A stretch of DNA of 64,000 nt, taken from Candidatus Dormibacteria bacterium. Lineage in GTDB: Bacteria > Chloroflexota > Dormibacteria > Aeolococcales > Bog-877. The DNA lies in contig JBOHUH010000031.1 in NCBI GenBank assembly GCA_050733915.1, forward strand, positions 84-64,083, in the 5' to 3' direction. Of the stretch, positions 9,393 to 18,566 are shown piece after piece. The translations under genes were made by a program, and so were the position numbers. How positions within the stretch are numbered: the first letter of the stretch is position 1; every line of letters begins with the position of its first letter. The notes under the pieces were generated by a model. That model did no database searches, was not told the origin of the DNA, and saw only the letters and a list, made by a program, of their open reading frames with translations.

Positions 9393-10913
9393 GTGCTAGC
9401 CAAGGCAACCGAGACCGCGGCAACCGAGGTCAGGGCCGACGCCCTGGTGCTGCCCTACTTCCAGTCCGTGCCGCTGGGGTCCGCCCTGGCCGGGGTCGAC
9501 CGCGCCCTCGATGGACTGCTCAGCCGTATGCACGATCAGCACGAGGCGACCGGGGCCTTCCCCAAGCGCACCCTGGTCACCACCATGGGGCGGATCCCGG
9601 CGGCCCGGGTGGTGTTGCTGGGACTGGGTCGGGCCCGGGATCTGGACGGCTACCGTCTCCGCAACGCGCTCCAGTTCGCGGTCCGGGACACCCGGAGTGT
9701 CTGCTCCCGCCTGGCGGTGCTGATCGACCCCGCCGTGGTGGCCCAGCTCGCGGACCGCGACCCGCTCCAAGGGGACCCCGTCGCCGTGGCTCGGGCGGTT
9801 GCCGAAGGGGTGGGTCTGGGGAACTACCACCTGGGCCAGCTCAAGAGCGCCGAGGACGCCGGTGCCGTCGAGGAGCTGGAGGTGCTGGGATTGGGGTCTG
9901 GCTCAGCGGTCGAGGCCGCCCTGGCCGACGGCATGGCGATGGCGGAGGTGACCAACCGGGCCCGTTTCCTGCAGTGGCAGCCCGGCAACCAGATGACCCC
10001 AACGGAGCTGGCGGCGGAGGCGGAGCGAGTGGCCCAGGCGAACCAGCTGGAGCTGGAGGTACTGGACCGCCCCGACATGGAGCGGCTCGGCATGGGGGCG
10101 CTCCTGGCGGTGGCCCGGGGCTCCCACGAACCACCCAAGCTGGTCGCCCTGCGCTACCGGCCCCGCGAGGGAGCCACCTCGGACAAGGTGCTGGGCCTGG
10201 TGGGGAAGGGGATCACCTTCGACACCGGGGGCATCTCTCTCAAGCCCAACGCCGGGATGGTGGCGATGAAGGCCGACATGAGCGGTGCCGCCGCGGTGAT
10301 CGAGGCCATGGCCCTGGTGGCCCAGCGGCAGGCGCCGATCCAGGTGCTGGCTGTGGCCGCGATCACCGAGAACATGCCCGGCGGGGGAGCGGTCAAGCCC
10401 GGCGACGTGGTCCAGGCGATGAACGGCAAGTCGATCGAGATCAACAACACTGACGCCGAGGGGCGGCTGGTCCTCGCCGACGCCCTGGGCTTCGCCGCCG
10501 ACCGGGGCGCGACCCACCTGGTCGACGTGTCGACCCTGACCGGGGGAGCGGTGGTGGCCCTGGGGCAGGCAGTGACCGCGGCGATGGGCACCAGCCCCGA
10601 GCTCCTGAACCAGCTGCGCCGGGCCGGCGCCCTGGCCGGGGAGCGGATCTGGGAACTGCCCCTGTTCCCCGAGTACGAGGTGGCCCTGACCTGCGAGATC
10701 GCCGACATCCACAACACCTCAGGCACCCCCGGCGCCAGCGCCATCAACGGAGGCATCTTCCTGCGCCAGTTCACCGGAGAGCTGCCCTGGGTCCACCTCG
10801 ACATTGCCGGCACCGCCTACCACATGGAGGCGCTCTGGAAGCCGGTGGTTCCGCACGGCCCCTCGGGGGTGATGACCAGGACCCTGGCCCACCTGCCCTT
10901 CCAGATGGTCTAA
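9393..10913 (+). CDS. pepA: leucyl aminopeptidase (M17 family)
   Basis: The NTDAEGRLVLAD signature is present, with the VGKGITFDTGGISLKP and MKADMSGAAAV blocks. The start is GTG 9393, preceded by the Shine-Dalgarno sequence GAGGAGGA (9378-9385). Confidence 0.9.
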   Translation: MLAKATETAATEVRADALVLPYFQSVPLGSALAGVDRALDGLLSRMHDQHEATGAFPKRTLVTTMGRIPAARVVLLGLGRARDLDGYRLRNALQFAVRDTRSVCSRLAVLIDPAVVAQLADRDPLQGDPVAVARAVAEGVGLGNYHLGQLKSAEDAGAVEELEVLGLGSGSAVEAALADGMAMAEVTNRARFLQWQPGNQMTPTELAAEAERVAQANQLELEVLDRPDMERLGMGALLAVARGSHEPPKLVALRYRPREGATSDKVLGLVGKGITFDTGGISLKPNAGMVAMKADMSGAAAVIEAMALVAQRQAPIQVLAVAAITENMPGGGAVKPGDVVQAMNGKSIEINNTDAEGRLVLADALGFAADRGATHLVDVSTLTGGAVVALGQAVTAAMGTSPELLNQLRRAGALAGERIWELPLFPEYEVALTCEIADIHNTSGTPGASAINGGIFLRQFTGELPWVHLDIAGTAYHMEALWKPVVPHGPSGVMTRTLAHLPFQMV

Positions 10914-10940
10914 CTGGGTCGCCGACCAGGTGCCCGGGGA

Positions 10941-11759
10941 TCAGCCCGGCGGTGCCCCCCCGACCAGCTCGAACGGGCCGGAGCCGTCCCCAGGCAGGCG
11001 GCGCGCCCGGCCCTCCCGCTCCAGCTTCTCCAGATGGGCCTGCAGCGTGCCTGCGGCCATTTTGAGCACCGCGTCGGGGTAGCCGGGATAGACGGCGGGG
11101 ACCAGTTCGGGGGCGGTGGCCGGCCCCCGGCGCAGCAGTCCCAGGATCTGCTGCTCCCGCGCCAGCCGATGTGCGACCAGCTCGCGGATCGCCGCCTCCG
11201 CGTCCTCGATCGGCTCCCCGTGCCCGGGGAGCAGGCGGCTCGCTCCCAAGCCCCGGGTTCGCTCCAGGGACTCCAGATAGGCCGCCATGTCGCCGTCCGG
11301 AGGCACCACCAGGCTGGTGCTGCCCTGGAGCACATGGTCGCCGGTGAAGAGAACGCGCGACTCCTCATCGAAGAAGCAGACGTGGTCCGAGGCATGCCCC
11401 GGGGTGTGGACGGCCAGCAGCGCGCTGTCGCCCACCAGCAGCCGGTCCCCGTCGTGCAGGGGCAGCTCCCCGTGGGCCAGGGCCCGCCGGAAGTGGAGCG
11501 CCAGCGGGGCCCCGGTGAGCTGGCAGAGGCGCTCAGCCCCCTCCAGATGGTCGAGGTGATGATGGGTGCAGGCGATGATGGCCACCCTTCCGATTCGGGA
11601 AGCCATCTCGAGGACGCGGTCCAGATGCCCTTCGTCGGCAGGGCCGGGGTCGATCACCACTGACTGTACGTGGCCGAAGATCCAGGTGTTGGTGCCCTGG
11701 CCGGTGAGGGGCCCGGGGTTGGGTGCCCGTACCAGGAGCGCATCCGCGCCCGGGCTCAT
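10941..11759 (-). CDS. MBL-fold metallo-hydrolase with C-terminal winged-helix-like region
   Basis: The HHHLDH metal motif (ACTHHHLDHLEG) is followed by later TPGHASDH and LPGHGEP blocks. An ATGA overlap joins it to the upstream NUDIX gene. Confidence 0.85.
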   Translation of the reverse strand: MSPGADALLVRAPNPGPLTGQGTNTWIFGHVQSVVIDPGPADEGHLDRVLEMASRIGRVAIIACTHHHLDHLEGAERLCQLTGAPLALHFRRALAHGELPLHDGDRLLVGDSALLAVHTPGHASDHVCFFDEESRVLFTGDHVLQGSTSLVVPPDGDMAAYLESLERTRGLGASRLLPGHGEPIEDAEAAIRELVAHRLAREQQILGLLRRGPATAPELVPAVYPGYPDAVLKMAAGTLQAHLEKLEREGRARRLPGDGSGPFELVGGAPPG

Positions 11760-12520
11760 CCGCCACCCCCCGGGCCGGTGCCCGACGTCGCATCCAGGTC
11801 GAGTCCCGGGTAGCGCTCCGAGGTCATCTCCTCGAGCCGGGGCTGGATCCGATCCACCCGCCAGCCCGCGGCGGCCCGTAGGGCGGCGGCGACACTGGGC
11901 TGCGACTTCAGCTGGGAGAGCAGCGAGCGGGTCGGGGGCAGGAGCAGAGTCCGGCCCTGCTCGGCCTCCGCCAGCGCCGCCCCCGGCTCTGCCCAGCGCA
12001 TCGCGTCAACCTCTCCTTGGTCAACCAGGCTGGGGTCCTGACCCGGTGGCAAGCCGGCCAGGAAGAAGCGGGTGTCGAAGATCCGGGGCAGGCCCTCCGG
12101 GGTGACCCAGTGAGCGCAGAAGTGAAGGTCCTCCCAAGCCGGGCGGAGCCCCGCCCTGCGCATGCCCTCGAGCAGAGCTCGAGGGACGGCCGCCCCAGGC
12201 CCTTGCCGGAGCGGCGCCAGAGCCGCGAGTGCGCGAGGCGAGCTGGGAAGGCCGCCGCGCTCGCGGGCCAGGAGTACCCCACACTCCTCGAAGGTCTCCC
12301 GAATCGCGGCGACCGCTAGGCCGGGGTCGACCGCCAGCTGGTCCGCGCCACCGTCGAGCAGCTCCTGCCAGCTGGGCTCGAGGTCGGCTGGGTCGACCGA
12401 GCCCCCCGGGAAGACCTCCGCCGAGGCCGCGAAGGCGCTCCCTGCCGGGCGGCGAAGCAGGAGCACCTCTAGGTGGTCTTGGTGCCCTCCCTGAGCCGAC
12501 CCGTCCCGCAGCAGCGCCAC
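11756..12520 (-). CDS. NUDIX hydrolase
   Basis: A Nudix box is present: GGSVDPAD...(x)...AAIRETFEECGVLLA. Confidence 0.8.
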   Translation of the reverse strand: MALLRDGSAQGGHQDHLEVLLLRRPAGSAFAASAEVFPGGSVDPADLEPSWQELLDGGADQLAVDPGLAVAAIRETFEECGVLLARERGGLPSSPRALAALAPLRQGPGAAVPRALLEGMRRAGLRPAWEDLHFCAHWVTPEGLPRIFDTRFFLAGLPPGQDPSLVDQGEVDAMRWAEPGAALAEAEQGRTLLLPPTRSLLSQLKSQPSVAAALRAAAGWRVDRIQPRLEEMTSERYPGLDLDATSGTGPGGGG

Positions 12521-12592
12521 GGTGGCGGCGTCGCGGCGGATGGACCCGCTCAGGTCAGAATCCGGCGCGGTCGGAGAGGCGTCGGCCGCGGC

Positions 12593-13117
12593 TCAGCCGG
12601 CGGCGTCGCCGCGCTCGGAGAAACTGAGTATTTGGCGTGGGTGGATGAGCGCGAACGAGCGCTGGATGGTGACCCGCTCATGAGTCAGTGCGGGCAGCCA
12701 GACGGCGTTGAGGTTGCGCACCGGAAGGAAGTCGTCGACGCTGCGCTCCAGGGTCTCGCGGAGGCTGAGGCGGGGCTCCAGGAACACCTCGCAAACCAAC
12801 GAGAAAGTGTCGATGGTGAGGGCCACTTGGCGCGCCACCTTGGTCTCCAGCAGCGCCCGCCGTCCGCCGTTGTCGGCGGCGCTCTCCCCGATCGGGACCA
12901 CCATCAACAGGGAGCGCTTGGCCACCATCGCCGAGTCCTCGACGGTGCTGATCACCGGGTAGGTGCTGGCCAACGGTTCCAGGGTGAGGTGCTGCACCTC
13001 CATAAACTCAGTCATCCGATTGACCACATCGGTGAGCCGCAGCGGCGGCACGACCTCGATGTCCCCGCTGAGCTTCAAGAAAGAACTGAACAGCTCAACC
13101 CTTTCCCAGTTCTCCAC
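12593..13117 (-). CDS. hypothetical protein with two tandem ~75-aa repeats
   Basis: This 174-aa protein has a normal composition. Both halves share the pattern hydrophobic-x-G/E-x-I/F-x-V/L-x-P-x-(L)RL(S/T)(D/E)-x-(V/L)-x-R-x-x-(E/D)F-hydrophobic-x-V. Confidence 0.6.
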   Translation of the reverse strand: MENWERVELFSSFLKLSGDIEVVPPLRLTDVVNRMTEFMEVQHLTLEPLASTYPVISTVEDSAMVAKRSLLMVVPIGESAADNGGRRALLETKVARQVALTIDTFSLVCEVFLEPRLSLRETLERSVDDFLPVRNLNAVWLPALTHERVTIQRSFALIHPRQILSFSERGDAAG

Positions 13118-13170
13118 GAGGCGGCAGTATACGGGAGTGCCGCCCCCATCTCAGAGGCCGCCGCGTTGAA

Positions 13171-14010
13171 GTGACAAACCGTCTCGACATGGAGCGTCTG
13201 CGGCGGGTTTTGCCGGCTGCCCAACTGACCTTCAGTCCCCGTCTCTACGCGCAGGTGGGGAGCACCCAGGATCTGGCGCGTGACGGCGCCAGGGCCGGGG
13301 CGCCGGAAGGCCTGGTGATCTTCGCCGATCAGCAGCTGGCCGGGAGGGGGCGGGCCGGGCGCAGCTGGCTGGCCCCGCCAGGGAGCGCTCTGATGTTCTC
13401 GCTGCTGCTCCGGCCTCCCGCCGAGCTGTGGCCCTGGAGCACCCTGCCCCTGGTGGCCGGATTGGCCGTGGTGGAGGGGATCGCCGAGGCGGGTGGGCCG
13501 CGCGCTCTGCTCAAGTGGCCCAACGATTGCCTCTGCGGTGAGCGCAAGCTGGCCGGAATACTGGCCGAGGCCTGCTCCGAGCGGGGGCGGGTCACCGGGT
13601 TGGTGCTGGGGGTCGGCTGCAACCTCGCCTGGAAGGGTGTCGAACCCGGGCCGGAGCTCCTCGGCTTGGCCACCGCCTGTGACCTGGAGGGGCACCCGGT
13701 CGACCCCACCGAGCTCGCCGAGGCCATCTTGCTCCGGCTGGCGGCGCGCTACGTTGGCTGGGTCGCCCAGGGCTTCGGCCCGCTCCGGCGCGAGTGGCTG
13801 GAGCATGCCGCCTGGCTGGGGCGGGAAGTGGTGGCCAGCCACCCTTCGGGCAGGGTCAGGGGCCGGCTGCTGGACCTCTCGCAGCAGGGGGAGCTGATCG
13901 TGGAGACGGCCTCTGGCCGGGTCGCCATCTCCGCGGGAGAGGTGGAGGCGGTGGGCGTGCCGGCACTGCGGCTGGACTCGCCGGGCACGGACGACCCGGA
14001 CCCGCCTTGA
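13171..14010 (+). CDS. birA: biotin--[acetyl-CoA-carboxylase] ligase (class I, no HTH)
   Basis: The GRGRAGRSW biotin-protein-ligase signature and a KWPND block are present. The N-terminus is too short to carry a DNA-binding domain. An alternative ATG start exists at 13189. Confidence 0.85.
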   Translation: MTNRLDMERLRRVLPAAQLTFSPRLYAQVGSTQDLARDGARAGAPEGLVIFADQQLAGRGRAGRSWLAPPGSALMFSLLLRPPAELWPWSTLPLVAGLAVVEGIAEAGGPRALLKWPNDCLCGERKLAGILAEACSERGRVTGLVLGVGCNLAWKGVEPGPELLGLATACDLEGHPVDPTELAEAILLRLAARYVGWVAQGFGPLRREWLEHAAWLGREVVASHPSGRVRGRLLDLSQQGELIVETASGRVAISAGEVEAVGVPALRLDSPGTDDPDPP

Positions 14011-14222
14011 GCCGGCAGCGGCGCCGGGATGCGCCCCGGCAGATCGCCTCCGGTTGAGGTCGCGGAAGGGCCGAAGGCCGCCCCGGTGCGCCCAGCTGAG
14101 TTCGATCCGAGTTCCCGTCCATCTTGACGCCCCTGCGGGTGCCATCTAGGATTGACTTGTATGCCCACACCCAAAGTGAGGGATCCAGGTTTATCCGGAC
14201 GCAGGGATTCAAGGGACAGAAC

Positions 14223-14540
14223 TTGCCCACCATCTCAGAAACCTCCCACGAGATCTCCAAGCTCTATGAGTCCGATCACCTTGAGCGCCGCGAGCGCAAC
14301 GCCCGCCGCAACAAGATCCTCTTTATCGATCGGCTCCTCAACGAACTCGAACAACTCAACATCGCGGAAGAGGTAGTGGTGCCTCTGACGCTGCGCAACC
14401 AGTGCCGTCGCCTGCTCGCCAAGGAGGGGCACCCCCTGGGCAGGCGTCGCGCCGAAGAAGTGGCCATCGCCGAGTGGATGGACGCCCTCTACGACGTCCA
14501 GGACGGGCTGATGTTCACCATCGGCGACGAGGACGAGTAG
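14223..14540 (+). CDS. hypothetical helical protein
   Basis: The ORF lies in a lower-GC patch just upstream of the tRNA. A TTG at 14223 follows an AAGGGA Shine-Dalgarno-like sequence, and the ORF could instead start at TTG 14124. It has a charged helical composition and an acidic end (GDEDE). Confidence 0.4.
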   Translation: MPTISETSHEISKLYESDHLERRERNARRNKILFIDRLLNELEQLNIAEEVVVPLTLRNQCRRLLAKEGHPLGRRRAEEVAIAEWMDALYDVQDGLMFTIGDEDE

Positions 14541-14599
14541 GCTAGATCTCAGCTAGGCAGCGTTCCCCAGTGGCCGCCACCCAGCGGCGGTAGTCGTTC

Positions 14600-14674
<75 letters not shown>

Positions 14675-15380
14675 GCGCCCCCGCGGTCAGGACTGGCCGG
14701 GAGCGGTGCGAGGGCCGTTCCACAACTACAACCGACGAGTCACCCGACGCCTCAGCCCTCCGCGAGACGACGCACCTTTGCTCGACGGTGCGGAGGCCAA
14801 GCCAAGGAGTGCATACCTCAAGTCCGAGTCGCCACATCACGCAATCGGGATCTGGGATTTTAGTTGTGCTGCGGACCGAGAGGGCAGTGGCAGCCATGCG
14901 TCCGGCATGGTTGCGCGAGGGGTTACGCACGTGTGCAGGCGCCGCGCAACCGCGCTGGAGGACCGTACCGGAATCCAGATTCTGACTAATTTTGATATGA
15001 GATAGCCCCGTCGTAGCTCGCTCCTCATGCAACTGCGTTGCGCTCAGGCGCAGGTGCGGCGAAAGCAGCAGCGCAGCGGCCACCCTGGCCGCCTGACGAA
15101 TCCGACTGTGCCACCGCAGTCAATTCTGGATGACTTAGCGCTGCGGTACGCCGTGGGGGCGGCGGCGGTGTAACCGGTCCACGCTTGCGCACCGTGGGTC
15201 AAGCCCGTGGTTTGATACCAGCCTCGCTATCCAGGATCGGAGACGCGCGGAGCTGAGTTGGCTTGCGCGCCGCGGCGGTGCAGGGACTAGCGACAACTTG
15301 GTATCCCCCGCCACGGCTAGTGTGACTCAGCCCACGGGTGTTGGGGTGCAGGGTGGTTGCTCGATGCTGCCGCACCCCGA

Positions 15381-16025
15381 TCAGTGCTCAGCGGTCTTCG
15401 AATCGACCCCGGTCCCGCCTTCCTCCTCAGCCAGAATCCGATACAGGTTTTGCCGCGTTTCCTTCATCAGTTGGGCGGCGTTGGCCACCTGCCCCGGGCT
15501 GCCCGCGTGGGCCACCTGGAGCAGAGCCACCGAGGCCTGGCGCATCAGCGAGAGCAGCTCGTGGATGTCGTCGCCCACCGCTCCCGACGCCTCCTCCCAG
15601 GGGGTACCGAACTCGGTACGGTGTTCCTCGGTGTAGGTCATGCCGGCGTCGCTTAAGGTGAGCAGGCGCTGACCGTCGACGTCCTCCGCGCGGACCAGGC
15701 CCTCGTCCTCGAGTTGCTGCAGCGCCGGATAGATGGAGCCTGGGCTGGGCTGCCAGACGCCCTTGCTGCGCTGGGCAATCTCCTGCATGAGCTGGTAGCC
15801 GTTGCGGGGGCGCTCAGCGAGCAGCAGCAGGGCGGCCGCCCGAACGTTCCCGCGCGGGGTCCGCGCTCCCCGAAAGCCGCGTGCCCGACCCCCGAAGCCG
15901 CGCCCGAAGGCGAGCGGGAAGTCGTTCCCGAAGGCGCCGAAGCGATGCCGGACCCGGGGATCCCGCATGCCCCGGTGGCCGCCTCTCCGGTCGTGGTCGT
16001 GTTCTCTTCCGAACTGGGTCATCAC
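15381..16025 (-). CDS. PadR family transcriptional regulator
   Basis: The winged-helix block is LLLLAERPRNGYQLMQEIAQRSKGVWQPSPGSIYPALQQLEDEGLV. The N-terminal extension is Gly/Arg-rich. The start is GTG 16025 or ATG 16022. Confidence 0.85.
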   Translation of the reverse strand: MMTQFGREHDHDRRGGHRGMRDPRVRHRFGAFGNDFPLAFGRGFGGRARGFRGARTPRGNVRAAALLLLAERPRNGYQLMQEIAQRSKGVWQPSPGSIYPALQQLEDEGLVRAEDVDGQRLLTLSDAGMTYTEEHRTEFGTPWEEASGAVGDDIHELLSLMRQASVALLQVAHAGSPGQVANAAQLMKETRQNLYRILAEEEGGTGVDSKTAEH

Positions 16026-16233
16026 GATGTACTCCTAATCCACACATCCGATATGGTTACGTTAGCTCAGCGATATATCGGTTGTCAAGTGCGGACTCGG
16101 CGACTCGCTCCACGAGCGGGCTGGGAGCCGTCAGCAGCGGATGGTCCAGGAGTGGAGGTGGCGGTAGCCTCAGGGGACCGGGCCTGGCTCGCGGCGACCG
16201 GGTGCTCCGCCGGAGCCCGCATGGAGGCTGCTC

Positions 16234-17154
16234 ATGACTCGGCGCGGCTGGCTGCTCTTCGGCGCAATGTGCTTGATCTGGGGCATCCCCTACCTCCTCA
16301 TCAAGGTCGCGGTCCGTCACATCAGCCCCGCCGATCTGGTCTTCGGCCGCACCGCGATTGGCACCCTGCTGCTGCTGCCGGTGGCCCTCGGTCGGGGTCA
16401 GGTCCGCGTGGTGCTGGAGGAGTGGCGGCCGCTCCTGCTCTACTCGCTGGTGGAGATCGCCATCGCCTGGCTGCTGCTGTCCGACGCCGAGACCCGCATC
16501 TCCAGCTCCCTGTCCGGCCTGTTGGTGGCCGCGGTGCCGCTGGTCGGGGTGGTCCTGACCCGGCTGGGCGGGCGCCAGGAGCGGTTCACCCGGATCCGGC
16601 TGCTGGGGCTGCTGATGGGACTTGCCGGGGTGGCCGCGGTCCTGGGCTTCGACCTGGGGCACATCACCTTCCTCTCAATGGTGGAGATGGCAGCGGTCAT
16701 CTGCTGCTACGCCCTGGGGCCACAGATCCTCGCCCGCCGCCTGGCCGAGCTGCCCAGCCTGGGTGTGGTCAGCTGCTCCCTCCTGATCTGCTCCGTCCTC
16801 TATGCCCCGGTGGCGATCGTGGAGCGCCCCCTGCAGGTGCCGTCGGTCTCGGTGATCGCGGCGGTGGTGGGGCTCGGGGTCATTTGCACCGCCCTCGCCT
16901 TCCTACTCTTCTTTGCCCTCATCACCGAGGTCGGCCCGGTGCGGGCCACCGTGATCACCTACATCAACCCGGCGGTGGCGGTGGCCCTCGGGGTGACCTT
17001 GCTTCACGAACCCTTCACCCCAGGGGTTGGGTTCGGCTTCGCCCTGGTGCTGGGGGGCTCGGTGCTGGCCACTCGCGGCAACCGCCCCGAGCCGGCGGCC
17101 GAGCCCCACCCGCTGGATCTGGGGTCGGGCCGGGCGGCACCGGGCGACCCCTAG
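16234..17154 (+). CDS. EamA/DMT family transporter
   Basis: The 306-aa protein has about 10 hydrophobic segments arranged as two EamA-like halves. Its N-terminus is LLFGAMCLIWGIPYLLIK. Confidence 0.85.
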   Translation: MTRRGWLLFGAMCLIWGIPYLLIKVAVRHISPADLVFGRTAIGTLLLLPVALGRGQVRVVLEEWRPLLLYSLVEIAIAWLLLSDAETRISSSLSGLLVAAVPLVGVVLTRLGGRQERFTRIRLLGLLMGLAGVAAVLGFDLGHITFLSMVEMAAVICCYALGPQILARRLAELPSLGVVSCSLLICSVLYAPVAIVERPLQVPSVSVIAAVVGLGVICTALAFLLFFALITEVGPVRATVITYINPAVAVALGVTLLHEPFTPGVGFGFALVLGGSVLATRGNRPEPAAEPHPLDLGSGRAAPGDP

Positions 17155-17166
17155 GCCTGGCTCCGG

Positions 17167-17658
17167 CTAGGAGCAGGAGCGGCAATGGCCGACGAGGTCG
17201 AGCCGGTGGCTCTCCAGACGAAACCCGGAGGCGCTGGCGACCTCGCGGGCGGCGGCTCTGACGTCGGCCTCGAGGCGGGCGGGCGCGGTGACGTCGACCA
17301 CCGAGCCGCAGTCGATGCAGACCAGGTGATGGTGGTGCCGGGTCAGCTCCTCGCTGAGCTCGTAGCGGGCGAACTCCCCGGTGAGCTGCACCCGGCGCAC
17401 CACCGCGGCCTGCTCCAGGACCGCCAGGTTGCGGTAGGTGGTGCTGGGGGGCAGGTCGGGACCGACATCCACGATCTCGGTCACCGTGAGGGGCCGGCCG
17501 GCCCGCAGCAGCCGCTCCACCAGCAGCCGTCGTCCCGAGGTGTAGCGCTGGCGGATCCCGGCCAGCCGCGACCCCACCCCGACGTGGAGCCCCGGCTCTT
17601 GATCCTGGGCAAGTCCGGCGGGAGAGCCACCCGGCCTCTGCCGACTGCTCACCCTCAC
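17167..17658 (-). CDS. Fur family transcriptional regulator (Zur-like)
   Basis: A winged-helix region (RPLTVTEIVDV...STTYRNLAVLE) is present, with HHHHLVCIDCG and a C-terminal GHCRSC, giving two CxxC pairs. GTG 17658 forms a GTGA overlap with the permease stop. An alternative GTG exists at 17577. Confidence 0.8.
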   Translation of the reverse strand: MRVSSRQRPGGSPAGLAQDQEPGLHVGVGSRLAGIRQRYTSGRRLLVERLLRAGRPLTVTEIVDVGPDLPPSTTYRNLAVLEQAAVVRRVQLTGEFARYELSEELTRHHHHLVCIDCGSVVDVTAPARLEADVRAAAREVASASGFRLESHRLDLVGHCRSCS

Positions 17659-18563
17659 AAGGTACTCGCGAGCGCCGGGCGGCGCCGTCCCGCCAGCCAG
17701 GGCGCGCCTCGTACCGCTAGATAGCCGGCGAAGGCCAAGCTGGTGATGAAGATGCTCACCGGCACCGCCACGTAAAAGGCGATCGCCAGCCCCACCAGGG
17801 TGCATCCCAGGGCGATCGCCACCGAGACCGCCATCGCGGTCACCGGGCGGCTGGTGAGCCGGTCGGCGATGGCCGCGGGGGTGACCAGCAGCGAAAAGAT
17901 CAGCAGTACCCCGACCACCTGCACCGCCACCGCGACCGCCAGTGCCAGGGTGGCCATGAAACCGATCGCCAGCAGGCGGGTGGGGACCCCGCGGGCCTCG
18001 GCGACCTCTTCGTCCACCGAAGCGAATAGCAGCGGGCGATACATCGCTCCGAGTAGCAAAAGGGTGACGGCCCCGATCACGGCGGTGAGCACCACGTCGC
18101 CGCCGCTGATGCCCAGCACCTCGCCGAAGAGGATCGAGTAGGCCTCGGTGGCGTAGCCGCTGTAGAGGGAGATGAACAGCACCCCCAGCCCCAGCATGAA
18201 GGCGAGCACGATGCCGATCACGGTGTCGCGCTCCCGCAGCCGCTGGCCCAAGGCACCCATCACCGCTGCCCCACCGAGGCAGAACACCAGCAGGCCGAAG
18301 ACCGGGGAGACCGAGAGCAGCGCCGCCCCCGCCGCTCCGGCGAAGCCGACGTGGGAGAGGGCGTGAGCGGCGAATGCGGTCCGCCGGAGGATCACGAAGT
18401 AGCCGACCACGCCGGCCACGATTGCGACCATGGCCCCGGCGGCGAAGGCGTGCCGCATGAACTCGAAGGAGAGCATGGTGCGGACGTCGGCGGCGAGGTT
18501 CCAGCTGAAGGCCAGCGAGCCCGCCTGGGCCAGGGTCAGGTGTCCGCTGAAGGCCGCGCCCAC
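17655..18563 (-). CDS. metal ABC transporter permease (ZnuB/TroCD type)
   Basis: The 302-aa protein is polytopic and has an ABC-3 family-like sequence. It sits in an operon with the ATPase and the binding protein. Confidence 0.9.
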   Translation of the reverse strand: MGAAFSGHLTLAQAGSLAFSWNLAADVRTMLSFEFMRHAFAAGAMVAIVAGVVGYFVILRRTAFAAHALSHVGFAGAAGAALLSVSPVFGLLVFCLGGAAVMGALGQRLRERDTVIGIVLAFMLGLGVLFISLYSGYATEAYSILFGEVLGISGGDVVLTAVIGAVTLLLLGAMYRPLLFASVDEEVAEARGVPTRLLAIGFMATLALAVAVAVQVVGVLLIFSLLVTPAAIADRLTSRPVTAMAVSVAIALGCTLVGLAIAFYVAVPVSIFITSLAFAGYLAVRGAPWLAGRRRPALASTL

Positions 18564-18566
18564 CGG

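Noticed and set aside
13118-13170. A perfect 7-bp hairpin, GGCGGCA-(11 nt)-TGCCGCC, lies in the intergenic region upstream of birA. I considered it as a possible bio operator.
   Set aside because: The encoded BirA lacks an N-terminal DNA-binding domain (class I), so a BirA operator is not expected. The element is a short GC stem with no AT-rich half-sites.
15048-15074. The sequence GCGCAGGTGCGGC-GAAA-GCAGCAGCGC resembles SRP RNA domain IV (an AGG ... GNAR tetraloop ... AGCA).
   Set aside because: Hand folding puts 6 nt between the AGG and the tetraloop, where 3 bp is usual. The flanks do not extend into the long SRP hairpin. The similarity is probably chance in GC-rich DNA, and only cmscan could rescue it.
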